This document shows, in pieces, positions 37,730-50,985 of a stretch of 64,000 bases of DNA. Made by a program: the position numbers and the translations under genes. Source of the stretch: Cenococcum geophilum (Eukaryota); the NCBI GenBank assembly GCA_050273025.1, contig CP158635.1:29698001-29762000 (forward strand), in the 5' to 3' direction. Below the pieces are notes generated by a model that saw only the letters and a program-made list of their open reading frames with translations, did no database searches and was not told where the DNA came from. Positions within the stretch are counted from its first letter, which is position 1; each line of letters begins with the position of its first letter.

Positions 37730-37870
37730 TTATCCCCTCCCTTCTTACAGTTAGCCCCTAATTACTATTACCTTATAGTAGGGAGATTATAAGGGCTCGT
37801 CCTAGAAGGGGTTTAAAGAGATATTAAAGAGATATTAGTATGCCGCTATATATTATCTATCTATCTAACC

Positions 37871-40800
37871 TGTTACGGCTCGTATAAATGCCTCTAAACC
37901 GAAGCTTATAGAATGCTGTATTACGAAGATACTAAGCTAAGGAGCAGAGAAGGTTAAGGAAAGGACACGTCTATATACAGGCGCCAAGTCTCCAAGCCAG
38001 CCCCTGACTAGGGTCTGTAACGGTACCGTGATATCACCCCCTCCTTTAAGAAAGCCTGCCCTTAGGCTTTGTATAAGCCCCTTATTAGAAAAGAAAGAGA
38101 AAAAAAAGAAATTTGGTATCTAGGCGCTTGATTGCGATGCCGGTTAACCTAGGACTTGCAGTAGTCCTGCAGCTCCTGCTGCTACGGAGGTATATCACTA
38201 TACCTGGTTGACGTAGGGCAGGCAGCCGTCCTACAGCTCCTGTGAGGGGTATATTGCTATACCTAGTTGACGTAGGGCAGGCAGCCGTCCTGCAGCTCTT
38301 ACTGCTGCGAGAGGTATATTGCTAGGAGCCCTCCGTTGGTCGTTGTTCCTCCTCTAGAACTCTAGTACCTCTTAGCTCTACTATCCCCCCTTTTGTTATG
38401 GCGCGCCCCGAGCCATAAAAAAAAGCCCCCCTAATCCCCCTCTTATAAAAAGGTAGGTAAAAAAGTTTTAATAAGGGTGGGAGGGTTAGGGGGTTGTAGC
38501 TCGCATGTATATCGGCATGAGCTCTTGTCCGTTCGGTAGCAGTATGGTGCTAGTAACAAGGTCGTATTCTAAGGGGCAAAGCTCTACCTTGTATACAGCT
38601 GTTACTGTAGGCGGGGCAGTAGAAGTCGGTTGTAGACTGTAGGCAGAGTAGTTGAAGTCGGTTGTAGTGCTGCAGGCAGAGTAGCAAAGCTCTGTCGTAG
38701 TGCTGCAAGCAAGGCAGTAGAAGATGGTTCGCTGTAGGCGGAGCAGCAGAAGTCGAATTAGGATTAGCTATAGGCAGAGCAGCTAGAGTCTCGAGTGCTG
38801 ATAGAGCAGCGAGGGTTGATCGGCTGCAGGCAGAGTAGCGGAGGTCTATCGTAATAGCAGTACGGTGCAAGCGTTGGGTGGTGATAGTAGGTCGAACTCT
38901 CGGAGCTCGATCTATTAATTGGTCGTTCGGTTAACTATAGGCGCAGCGGCACAGTCGTTGTCTCGTCGCAGGCGTATCACAGGCATATCGCAGGCGTATC
39001 GGCGCGATAGGTTCTTGGGTTCGATCGCAGACATATAGGCACGATCGTTCTATCGGTTAGACTGTAGGCGTAGCAGCATAGTCGTTGTTAGGTTGGCATA
39101 GGGCGTGCAGCCGTCCTGCTGCTGCGAGAGGTGTATATCGCTAGGAGCACTCCGTAGTCGTCATTTATCCTCTTAAAACTCCGGTACCTCCTAGCTCTAT
39201 CCCCCCTTTTGTTATAGCGCGTCCCAAGCCATAGAAAAAAAGAAATATAGCTTGCATGCGTATTGGCACGAGCTCTTGTCTATTTGGTTTGCATTTAAAT
39301 TATATTTAAATCGTATTCGGATTGCAGGCATAACGGCGCGATTATTATCCAGTTTATCCAAATTAATTTTGTTGTTAAAGCTTATATAGCTTAGTACTAA
39401 CCTCGTTGTTAAAGTGTATAAATACTTAAGGTAAAGCTTGTATAACTTAGTATTAACCGTAGTCGTTCCTTAGTATGCGTAGCCTAGTGTTAGTTAAAAA
39501 GGATTACCGTAGGCGAAGAAGAAGACGATTAAATCAGTAAGGGAGGTAGTTAATCGTTAACGAACTCATACGGTCGTTATCAAAGTCGTAATAGTAGGCG
39601 TATCGGCGCTATCATTCGGTCGGTTTCTCGGGGTCTACCGTTAATTAGTAGGTAGTTCGAGACGTTATTAGGATATTCAAAGGTACGCTATAGTGTTGAT
39701 AGGCGTATTCGAATCGTTGTCGGAGAGGTATTAAAGGTATTAAGAAGTGCGTGTTAATATTATAATTCTTGTTATAGTCGTACAAGGTAAGCTATAATAG
39801 TATTCGAAGAAAGAAGAGATACTATTAGATAGCAGATTCGTAGCTTATCGTTTAAAGGACTGCTATTAAATAGTAGGTAGTTTTAAGAGTAGTTAACAAA
39901 AGGTATTAAGGGTACGTATTAATATTTCATAGGGGGTTATAGAGTTAAAGGTTAGCTATCATAAAGGCTAATTTAAGAGTAGTTAACGAATAGCAAGACA
40001 TTGTGAGGCAGTATTGCCAGGGTGTACGGTAGGGAGCAGGCAAGCCGAGCATGAGTCACATAGGGAGTCGATGGAAGAGGACGATATGGTAATGAGGGTA
40101 GGCAATAGCCTCGTACTGAGAGAGACGAACCGATGAGGAGGGAAGGGCTGCAAGCCTGAGGTGCTTATAAGGAGGTGCCAAGGGCTAGCCGAAGGCTAGC
40201 CTTGGCGACCCCTAAGAGCCCCTAGGCGATGCAGCCGAGTAAGGGCCAAAATAACCCTTACAGACATGCTTTTATAATGGCGAGCTGTCTCGTTTATAGA
40301 AGGTTATACAAAATAGCTATTAAGAGAAACGCGTTAATAGTTTGTAAGAGGTTATAGAGATAAATAGGCTCATCTATAGAGCTGTTAGAGAGTACTATAA
40401 ATCGGAATAATTCTCCTAATCTATTCTTCTAATTAAGAGTGCTATAAATTACTTAAATTCTCCCCTAGGTTCCTAGTACCCCTATACGTAGGATATAGAT
40501 ATATTCGGCCGTAAGATTAAGGGACTACCTAGGTTAATAGTAAGGTTTGGGTTGATCGCGTATAGTAGTTATTAATAAGAACTTAACGGGTGTCTATAAG
40601 GGCGTTTATAGATAAGTTAGAGAGTCATGTTATAGGTATATTGGCGCGATAGGTTATTGGGTTTGCTTTTAAATCGCATTCAGGCCGCATTTAAATCGCA
40701 TTCGGATTACCTTCGGATTATAGGCGTATTGTAGGCGTATCGGCGCGATTATTAGTTAATTAGACTGTAGGCATATTAACACAGTCGGTAATTAGGTTTA

Positions 40801-41682
40801 GGGGTTTAGGGTGGTAGTATAGTACTAGTAAGTCCTTCCTAGTTGATTTCGTCTCTCCTTATACAGCTTAGTATTAATTAGGGTGGTTATCGCAGCGTAG
40901 TAGCCAGAGGATAATAGGTAGGATTCGTTCTAAAGGACTCCGCGGACAATATATACCTACCGCCCAATAATACGGCGCGGGTTATAAGTTAGCTTATCTT
41001 AGCCGTCGGCCCAAACCTAATGCATACTAGAGGACTTCGCGAATAACATACACTTACCGCCTAATAGCACGGCTTAGGTTATATCTTAGCTTATCTTAGC
41101 CAACACTATAGGATTAGTTCTAGGCTTAGTAACAAAATTACTAATTTCGTTCCTTATAGCGTTAGGCTAAGTCTTAACCGAGGTTATCTCTGCAGCTTGT
41201 ACAACTCTATATCAGTTAAAAAGGTTAGGGGGGTTTTAGAGAGCCGCGCTCGATCTAGTAGGGTAGTAGTAGGCTGCAAGCCATCGTGTCCTTAGCTATT
41301 AATTATAACTATAGAAGACCTTCTAGCTACTTAAATACCGGCTCCTAGTTTAATAATAGCGACTTGACGCGTCAATAACGCGTAGCTAGGGGTGTTTAAC
41401 GCGTATCCTCTTAGAACACGCGGAATGGGGGTAGGAGATTATCTAGGCCTTCCTAGGCGAGGTAAAGAGGGAGCTTTAAAACGAATGAAGTCCCCCCTAG
41501 GTAGGTAAGCTTAGTATAATGTTACGGCTCGTATAAATGCCTTTAAACCGAAGCTTGTAGAATGCTGTATTACAAAGATACTAAGCTAAGGAGCAGAGAA
41601 GGTTAAGGAAAGGACACATCTATATATAGGCGCCAAGTCTCCAAGCGAGCCCCTAACTAGGGTCTGTAACGGTACCGTAATA
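37871..41682 (-). mobile_element. Non-autonomous LTR retrotransposon (163-bp LTRs at 37871-38033 and 41520-41682)
   Basis: Near-identical LTRs, TAACC TSD (37866-37870, 41683-41687), minus-strand PPT at ~38036-38046; only a protease-like NALIDT remnant (~40600); no RT or integrase recognised; internal duplications. Confidence 0.88.
40002..40262. mobile_element. Solo LTR (261 bp) nested in the LTR element
   Basis: TGTGAGG..CCTTACA ends; GACAT TSD at 39997-40001 and 40263-40267. Confidence 0.88.
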
Positions 41683-41756
41683 TAACCCCTACTTTAAACT
41701 TCTAAAAAACCTTAATAAGGGAAAAATATAACTAGATATATAAGACAGCTATATAC

Positions 41757-41937
41757 TGTCACAGCGACTCAGTCAATTGAGGTACGAGCGCCGTAAAACG
41801 TATGCAAGCCTATATAATTGGTAGTCTATAGACCCGGATATCAAGATAAGGAGCAGAAGGTGGAAAAGGACACGTCTATATATATATGCCAAGGCTTAAG
41901 CGAGCCCCCTGACTAGATCCGTTACGGAGCCGTAATA
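41757..41937. mobile_element. Solo LTR (181 bp) inserted in the LINE, related to the 163-bp LTRs
   Basis: TGTCAC..CGTAATA ends; TATAC TSD; shares AAGGAGCAGA and AAAGGACACGTCTATATA blocks with 37871-38033. Confidence 0.85.
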
Positions 41938-42976
41938 TATACTGCTATAGTTATACCACGTATACTATATATAGCTTTCTACTAGTATATACCAGAAGGA
42001 GGATATAGGTTTATTAAAAGAGCTAAATAAGTCCACTAGGTGCTTATAAGGATCTAATATAAAGCACTCTGCCTTATAATAGGGGCATTTTAGACTATAG
42101 CCAGAGCTGCACTAAAAGTTAATATATACATCCTACCTATTAAAGTAGCACTCTACTAAGTAGTAAAGTCCTCCCTAAATTAAATTAAGGGGTCACCACT
42201 ATATAATAAGATCCTATAATTAAGAAGATCCGCCTTAACTAAATATAAATAGTATAGCCCACTTTAGAAGATGGAGAGTAGCGCCATACTACGCCTCCCT
42301 AAGGGAACACTACCTATAGAGGAGATCTGCCCGGAAAGGCTCTGCCCTTAGGTTAAACCGCTGTAAACCTATATTACTAAGGACAAAGAAATATTAAAGT
42401 AGGAGTATAACTAGATTGTATAGGAGGCAAAGAATAGCTTAAGATACTTCTTAGCGTATACTAATAGAAGCAAAATTAATGGGGAGATTAGAGCGTTAGT
42501 ATATATACCCTAATTAGGAATAGAAGTAACTAACTATATAGAAACAAATTAAGTGAGTAGTATATACGCTAGGGAACTAAGAGGTCTCCAGCTAGCCTTA
42601 GACCTAGCGCTAAAATACTTACTATTAATTAGAAGACTTACGATATTTACGGATAGCTAAGTAGCAATTTAAGCAGTAGTGAAGCCTTAGAACTAATTAG
42701 GATAGTACCTTATATATAGAATAAGGTAAAGGCTTTTAGCAGCATAGATAATAAGCATAAGAGTTATAATATACTGGATCCCTTCGCACGCGAAGATTAA
42801 AGGAAATAAATAAGTAGATATCTTAGTAAAGCAAGTAATAGGATAAAGAAAGGACGGAATAGGGCCAAGAGTCCCTACTCTCCCCTCCCTATAAAGCCTA
42901 TTATTTATAGCAAAAAGAACTATAAAAGCCTAAATGGAGGCATACTGGGAGAAGAAATGGGAAAGTGGCGAAATGG

Positions 42977-45900
42977 TGTAACGGAACCTTATAGCAAGTA
43001 CTACAATGGGCTCGTTAATGGGCTAGGTGTGTAGGTAATGCAAGTAAGTCAACAACGTTTATAACTAGTGGAGTGGTTACCTAATAGATTAACTCTAATT
43101 ATATTCTAAGAATTACTATAAGGAAGGAACTATCTAAGTAGGGACTAAGGGCCCTTAAATATATAACCGTACTCCTATAAAATCCTTTTTATATATAATA
43201 TACGTGTTATATATAAGGTATGTAAATTCCTCTTATTCCTCTTATTTAATACGTAGAATATTATATAACTCGCTTACCATTCTTTATTATATAGTTTTAC
43301 CGGCTCCATCTTAGACCATACTTATATTAACTAACTAGCTTCTTCCAACTCCTCTCTAAATAGTTACAATATTGTACTTAAAGCGTCCGTAATACCATCT
43401 CCCTCCTTTCTATCTTCGTCCTTAAAGATTTTAAGCATCTCTAGGTTGTTTACTAGAGGTATAATATTTATTTAATTAATTTGGTTAATATTATTACTTA
43501 TTATACCTAAAGCATCTTCCTCCTTATACGCGCAATATCGTGCCCGCACTATTACTGCTATATTATTGCTTAGTGGGATTATACTATCTCCGTATTCTTA
43601 TTATGCGAAAGAGGGGTTAGTTTATATTACGCTAGCAAGCCCTTTGTCCTAGTAACTATCCTCTTATTTAAAGTATACTAAAGTAAACATCCGTTCCTTT
43701 TATAACGTTTATTCTACTTCTAACGCTAAGTATACGCGTCCTATAACTCTTAATAGCCTCTAAGTTCCCTAAATAATTTATTATAGGGTCTCGTGTTTAA
43801 ACCGCTGCTATAAAGCTAGATAGTAACCTGGCGCAGGCCCTTACTAAGCTTAAGCGTTTTCGGGATGCGGAACAGAAAGCCCTAGATGCTCGCATTATAG
43901 CGTTTACCCAGCTGCTTTATCTTAAGAAGGTGCGTAAAAAGGTTTATTTTAAGAAGTAGAAACTTATAGAATAAGGTCTATAGGAACTTAGTAATAAGAG
44001 AACTAACTCTCTTCCTATAGTAAAGGGAATAACTCTAAGTAGTTTGGCAGTCGCTCTCCCTAGGTCCCCCTTAGGTAACTCGTTCTTTAATAATTCTTCT
44101 TTATTAATATTGCCCGACCTATTTTCTTCCAATACTCCTATACCTTTCCCATAGCATTCTTTAAATTTTGTAGTAGCTCTTAGGTAGTCTTATTATAGCC
44201 TATTTACTTAACCTTATACTATATTTTATTATTTATATCCTTATAACTAACGATTCTTAAAACTTACTATTTATCTTCTTCTTATCCTCTATACGTGTCT
44301 TCTTTATAGGTTAATGGCTTAATATTTCCGTATGCTTGCTTTAGCATCGCAATATACTATATAGGGTAGATCTTTATCTTAGCTGGTAAGTTTAACTTAA
44401 ATATAACCGGTGAAATCCTCTATATAATTTTAAAAGGTCCTAGTCTAACGTAGTCTAACTTCTTACTTAGTCGTTAACTCTTAAAATTTTTGTGTAGTAG
44501 CTATACTTTATCTTCCTCCTTAAGATCTAGTCCCTTAGATCTCTTAGCGTTATAGTATCTTTTTATTCTCTGTTATACTACCTTAGCTATTTCCATAAGG
44601 TTTATATAAAGATTTATTAAAGTCTCCATTCTTTACTTAGCTATACTACTTATCTTCTTTACTTAATATAGCAATAATAATATTCTTAGCTTATATCTAT
44701 AATTCGCCTTAAATAGTAAAGTGCCTATTCCTTCCTATAGTGTTATATTATATATAAACTGTATAACTAGTAGTAATAATACCCAATTATTTTATGCGTA
44801 ATTAATATAGTATCTTAAATACTACTTTAGTGTCTAATTTAATCTTTCCATTTAACCGTCTATCTGCGGATAATATACGGTAGAAGTTACTGCTCTAACT
44901 CCTTATTCCGCTAAGAATACCTCCTAAAATACTGCTATAAATCTTAGATCTCTATCCGATATAATTTTACTTAGTGCTCTATATCTTGCGAATACTTCTT
45001 TAATATAGATTCTAGCAATATCTTCTACTAATATTTCTTCTATATATGCTATAAAGTATCCCCACTTTATAAGCTTATCCACTATTACTAAGATCGCGTT
45101 ATAATCTTATCCGGTAATAGGATCTCTTAATTTTAGTAACTTAATAATAAAGTCCTATAATATAACCTCCTATAGTCTCTCTAGTATCTTAATAGGTTAT
45201 AGCCCTCCGTATAGCTTATGCCTTATTAGTTTATTTCTTTAGCAATCTAGATACTTCTTAGTAACCTTTTTAGCTATTCTCTAGATTCCGTTAATAATAT
45301 ACTCCTCTTAGAGTCTTAACACTAAGCCTATAGCTCCGTTATATCCTTACATTAGTCCCTTATAAAAGTCTTCTATAAAGTGCTCTGCTATGCTTCTTAG
45401 GATATACTTTACTTCTCGGTTTTTGTATATATCTAACTATAGATCTTCTAGCTATGCTTTTAGAATTCTTTACACCTAAAAGCTTTCTAGTATCTTATAG
45501 ACTCTTTCTAACTTATTCTCCTAAGTTATTATAATTTTTAGATAATTATACCTAATCAGTCTATCTATATCTTTTCGTAGTAAAGCCCCTAATGGCTTTT
45601 CGTTATTCTGTAGTTTAGCCTTTTAACTTAATATATTGGCTCGCGTATTATCTATACCCTTAGTATACTAAATCTTAAAATAGTATTCTATAAGTATCTC
45701 TGCCTATCTAACCTATTGTTAATTAAGTTCCTTTATTATTAGGAATCCTATTAGGTTCTTATAATCCATCTTAACTATAAATAGTTTCTCTATGCCTTAT
45801 AAGAATGCTTTTTATTCCTTTAGTGCTACAATTATACCTAATAACTCCTTGTTATAGATGTTATAGTTTAGTTCCGGTAGTATTATCTTCTAACTATAAT

Positions 45901-48900
45901 ATACTACTGGGTCCTATCTATCTAGATGCTCTTATATAAAGTACGCCCCTAGTATAAAGTCTAATATATCTATTTCTATAACCGTTTCTAGTCCTAGTTA
46001 ATAGATTTTAAGAACTGGTTCTTAGGTAAACAACCTCTTAACTTCTTTAAATAGTTTTTATTATTCCTTTCCCTATGCCTATAGTTCCTCTTTCTTTATT
46101 AATCGCGTAAATAGCTTAATATCTTTTAACTATTGCGCTATAAACCGTCTATAGTAATTATAAAACCCTAGAAACGATCTTAACTATATAAAGTTCTCTA
46201 GTTCTTACTAATTCACTATAGCCTTAATCTTTTTTAGATCTATACTAAGTTGGCCTAATTTAATAATAAATTCTACAAAATTGGTCTTCCTAGTAAAGAA
46301 CTCGCATTTTTTAATTGCTACTAGCATCTGCTCTTCTTATAGTCTCTTTAAAACCCATTTAATATATTCTCCATATTCTTCCTTAGTTATTAAGTAGATA
46401 ATAATATTATTAAGATATACTATAACAAATTTATCTAAGTATTCTCCTAATATATTATTAATTTACTTCTAAAACGTTACTAGTGCGTTTATAAGCCTGA
46501 ATTGTATAACTAATGGTTTATATAGTCCTTCCTTTAACCTAAAGGCTGCTTTTTATTGGTTACCTTCCTTGATTCTAATCTAATGGTACGCCTATCTTAG
46601 ATCTATCTTTATAAAGATTTATACATTACCTATCCTGTCTTAGATTTCGCTAATTAAGGGTAAAGGATACCTATCCTTTTTGGTGATGCTGTTTAACTAT
46701 CTATAGTCAATACACAGCCTTAATTTGCTATTTTTCTTTAGTACAAACAGTACTGGATAACCTGCTAATAACTGCGATGGTCTAATATATCCCTTTTATA
46801 AGTTTTCTTAGATAAACTCTTTTAGTGCTCTACCCTCTTCTTTAGTAAGCTTATAAATTAAAAAGAACCTTAGACTTGTTCCTAGTTCTAATTCTATCTT
46901 ATAGTCCTATACTATATACTTTAATAGCTTTTTACTTTTTAGTGACTATAGTTTCTTGCCATACTTATAGTATCTCTTTAGTATATAAATTAGTCCTTTT
47001 TCTATTTCTTTATAGGTCGCTCCTACTTAGTATTATACCAACTTAGCTTATTGTTGCGTCTTATAGCATTAAGTATCCCTAATATCGACCTAACCTATAA
47101 TCTAATTGATCTTTAGATTGTATTTCTATAACTAAGGCATTCCTAATACTGCCTTATTATTTCCTAATAGTAATATATTAAAAGACATCTTAACTTATCT
47201 CCCTTTAATGGTTAACTAAATAGGTCCTGTTTTAAGATTAATAATGCCTCCTCCGTAGGCTATTAGATCTCCTAAAATTGTTACTAATAGGTAAGGATAC
47301 TCCTTTTTCCTATATGGTAACCCTATTTTTTTTTTAACTACTACTAGTAATATATAGTTCCTTATTGCTCTACTATCTACTAATACTTTAAACTGCTAAT
47401 CCTACCACTTTACTTATAAATTTAGGTGTCTTTCTTAAATTCCTTTAAGGGTCTAAGGCTCTACTACTAGTTCCCTCTAGTCCTATAGGCCTCTACTTTT
47501 CCCAAATATTAGCTACTAGATCCTACCTATACTTAGTCTAACTTAGGCCAATACTTAGTTTGCTTTTTATCTTTAATATACCATAGATAGGTATTCTCTA
47601 GACATTCCCACCATTATTATCCATTTAGGCATTCTTCCGTAAGGAATCTTCCTAGTTAAAGTATTAAGTTCCCTTATTCTTAAACTTCTACTAGATGCCA
47701 ACTATATATATACCTAGCGTTTCTATACTTTACCTTATCCGTTATCTAATATATCCTTATTAGATATTTCTAATTTTTATTCTTTAGTGCTCTATATATA
47801 TTATACGCATTATCTATATATATAATCTATGCCAATATATAATATACCTAGTGTCTTAGGTTAACTCTCGGCTTATCTTCATCCTTAAGTTTAAACCTCT
47901 CTCGTGTTGATCTAAGCGTTATAACTTTATTTATAGGTACTAAAATTCGTCTCTTACTTCTCTAGTCCTCTAATTACTCCTTTAAATCCGTTAACGTTAT
48001 AATTAAGGCTCCTTTAATATAAGTTATAGCCTTTTCTATAATCGGGTGGTCTTAGACAACTTTTTATATCTAACTATATATAGAAATCTTTCCACTTATT
48101 ATTATGTCGTTATCTATACCACTTTTAGTATAACCCCTTAAGTGTATACAGCGTATCCGTAAAGAAGTATCTCTTTATTACTATATCGTGACAGCCTTTT
48201 ATATATCGTTCTTTAAACCTAGTTAGGATCCCTAGATCCTCTTCTTCTTCCAATTTAGTAAGCTACTTGGCTCTTAGTATGCCTACTTTAGGCCTATTAG
48301 TAATTCTTTATACTAGTGCTCTGTCCCTTATACGACCTAGTATACTAGATCTTTTATCTAGTTTCTGCTATTACTATAAGGTAATTCTTGCTCTAAATTC
48401 CTCTATAGTTTCTTTCCTTTCGCGCCTTATAAGTAGATCCTTAAAGTCTTCTTACTTCTTAATCTTAATATTAACTTTTTAATCTTTAGGCCAAATACTA
48501 TATTCTCCTAGTAAGTCCTCTAGGTCTATATACTTGTCTCCTAGTTTAGTTACTATTTATATTATAGATTCTCTAATCTATAAAGAAGCCTCTTACCTCT
48601 TATCTATAGATACCCTTATTTATACTCCAAATCTTTAGTTCCTTAGATTCTTTAATCCTAAGCTTACTTCTAACTTAAGCTTAGCTCCCGCCTTAGTCTA
48701 ATTAGGCGTTTATAGTGTTCTTATCTTGTCTTAAGAGTCTTAAATCTTATATATCTCGTTTTAAGAATCTTATGCCGTTAGGAACTCTTATCCCGAGCTT
48801 ATTTGTATATCTTTAAACTAAGCTACTGCTCTGCTTTATTGGTTTTCGTCCGTTATAGGTCCTTAAGCTATCCTTATCCTATCTTTAAAATCTTAGATCT

Positions 48901-50985
48901 CTTTTATCTTATCTTAAAAATCTTAAGCCTTTAGCCTTTTACCTTTATTAAGTGGTGAATTAGCACTAGCAGTTGTCTGCTTGCTTAATCTCTATAAGAT
49001 ACTCTTCCTTCCATCTTATAAAGCAATAGATGCCGTATTTAACAGTGTTATAATGCCCGTTACTAAACCTTACTCTATAGCGGTCTTAGTCTCTACTTCT
49101 ATTACGTTATTAAGGTTTAGATACCCCTAGTTAGTTCCTTTATTTTCCTTATCGCTGTTAATTAATAAGTACTCTAACTCTATTATTATTATTACTAATC
49201 TCTGTCCGTATATTACTATAATATCTTAATCTAGCTTATAGAGTTAATTTTATTCTTTATCTAACTCTCTAGTTCCCTTAAGTCCTCTTAACTCTAGCTC
49301 TTATAGCTAATAGCTTACGCCGTACTTAGCGTCTTTATAAATTTGGTATGTATTATTATAACAAAATATAAAACTTCTAATTAAACATTCTTTTGTTCCT
49401 TATAGTATACTATTATCCTATTATATATATATGTCTCCTACTAGTCTGGTTCCCTTTATTGCATAGTAACTCTAACTATCTTTATAATCCCTTACAAAAT
49501 AACCTTATTTCCTGCAATTTATATAAGCTCCGTCTTTAAACTATTAACTTTGCTATAGAGTCCGCCTAAACGTCTTCTGCTGCTAAAATCCCTGGTTTAG
49601 CCTTTACTCCTTAGTCCTATAATTACTAGATCCTTAACCTTTAGGTTTCTATAGTTTCTTACTCTATCTCTTATAGGTTTCTTTAATACCACTTAGGTCT
49701 ATTAGCTCTGCGCTATACCATAGTTTCTAACTTATCTTTAGTTATTACGTACTCTACGTCTTATATAACTATAGAATTCTATCCTAGCCTTTCTTAGCCT
49801 ATTCCCTTTAGTAGATCCTATTATTAATCTTTATTACTTAATCTATTAAATCTCTTAGGGTGTCTACATCTTCTATTAGAATAATTATATCCTAAACTTT
49901 AGCCTTAAGTCCGTATTTATACTGTGCCATAAGCGCCTTATTATTCCACTTAACTTATATAGCTAATGTCTAAAACTGTTATATACTTAATTGCTAAAGT
50001 TCGTTACGTAATATTTTAGAGTTTTCTTTCCGCTATAGTTACTGCCTCTAGATCTCTAAATATCTGTATAAGTTGCTCCGTAAACCCCTCCTAACTTAAG
50101 AATATAAACCGCACCTCTTAGTTAGTAGTTATTATTCCATTTACCTATATTTCTATAAGGTAAGGCTTAAACTATTTAAGTACTCTCCCTAATAGGAATA
50201 GTCCTGCATAAGCTATTCGATCCATAGGTATTAGCAGTTTTACCCCTTCTTGCATAACTTTAAAGTGCATTTATATAAGAAATCCTTTAAGCTTTAACCT
50301 CTCTCCTAAGAATCTCTTAATCAAAGGTAACTTGATCTTTACTACCCCTATCCCATTAATCCTTTATTTAAGTATTACATTATTCTCTATTAACTAGTTA
50401 ACTATCTCTTATAGTTACCTAACCGTTACAGGTTATTATAAGTTAGTATCCGCTATACTAGTATCACCTCCTAACCTTAAAGTAGTTGCCGCCGTCAATG
50501 GCGTCGTAGTGGCTGCTTTTAGTGGCATATTATTTAACTTATTAAGACTATAACTAGGTAGTAATTATATAACGAAACCTTATAGCAAGTACTACAATAG
50601 GCTCATTAATGGGCTAGGTATGTAGGTAATATAAGTAAGTCAACAACATTTATAACTGGTAGAGTGGTTACCTAACAGATTAACTCTAATTATATTCTAA
50701 GAATTACTACAAGGAAGGAACTATCTAGGTAGGGATTAAGGGTCCTTAAATACACAACCGTACTCCTATAAAATCCTTTTTATACATAATATACGTGTTA
50801 TACGTAAGGTACATAAGTTCCTCTCATTCCTCTCGTTTAATACGTAGCATGTTATGTAACTCGCTTACTATTCTTCGTCACATGGTTCTACTGGCTCCAT
50901 CCTAGACCGTGCTTGTATTAACCAACTAGCTTCTTCCGACTCCTCTCCAAGTAGTCGTAACATTGTACTTAAAGCGTCCGTAATA
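42977..50985 (-). mobile_element. Full-length RIP-mutated Ty3/gypsy retrotransposon (418-bp LTRs at 42977-43394 and 50568-50985)
   Basis: TSD AATGG/AACGG; PPT ~43397-43411; minus-strand gag with knuckle remnant (~49500), protease VLVDS (~47380), [19 protein letters not shown] and VYLNNII (YLDD), RNase H YNKELL, integrase ISDRD. Confidence 0.93.
43503..44160 (+). pseudogene. Antisense, intron-containing Cys6/coiled-coil ORF inside the gypsy 3' region (RIP-inactivated)
   Basis: Frame reads IPKASSSLYAQYRART..SPYSYYAKEGLVYI..SSYLKYTKVNIRSFYNV, with TAT codons at C-x2-C-x5-C..C-x2-C-x7-C spacing; degenerate intron ~43732-43786, then helical TAAIKLDSNLAQALTKLKRFRDAEQKALDAR. Confidence 0.6.
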
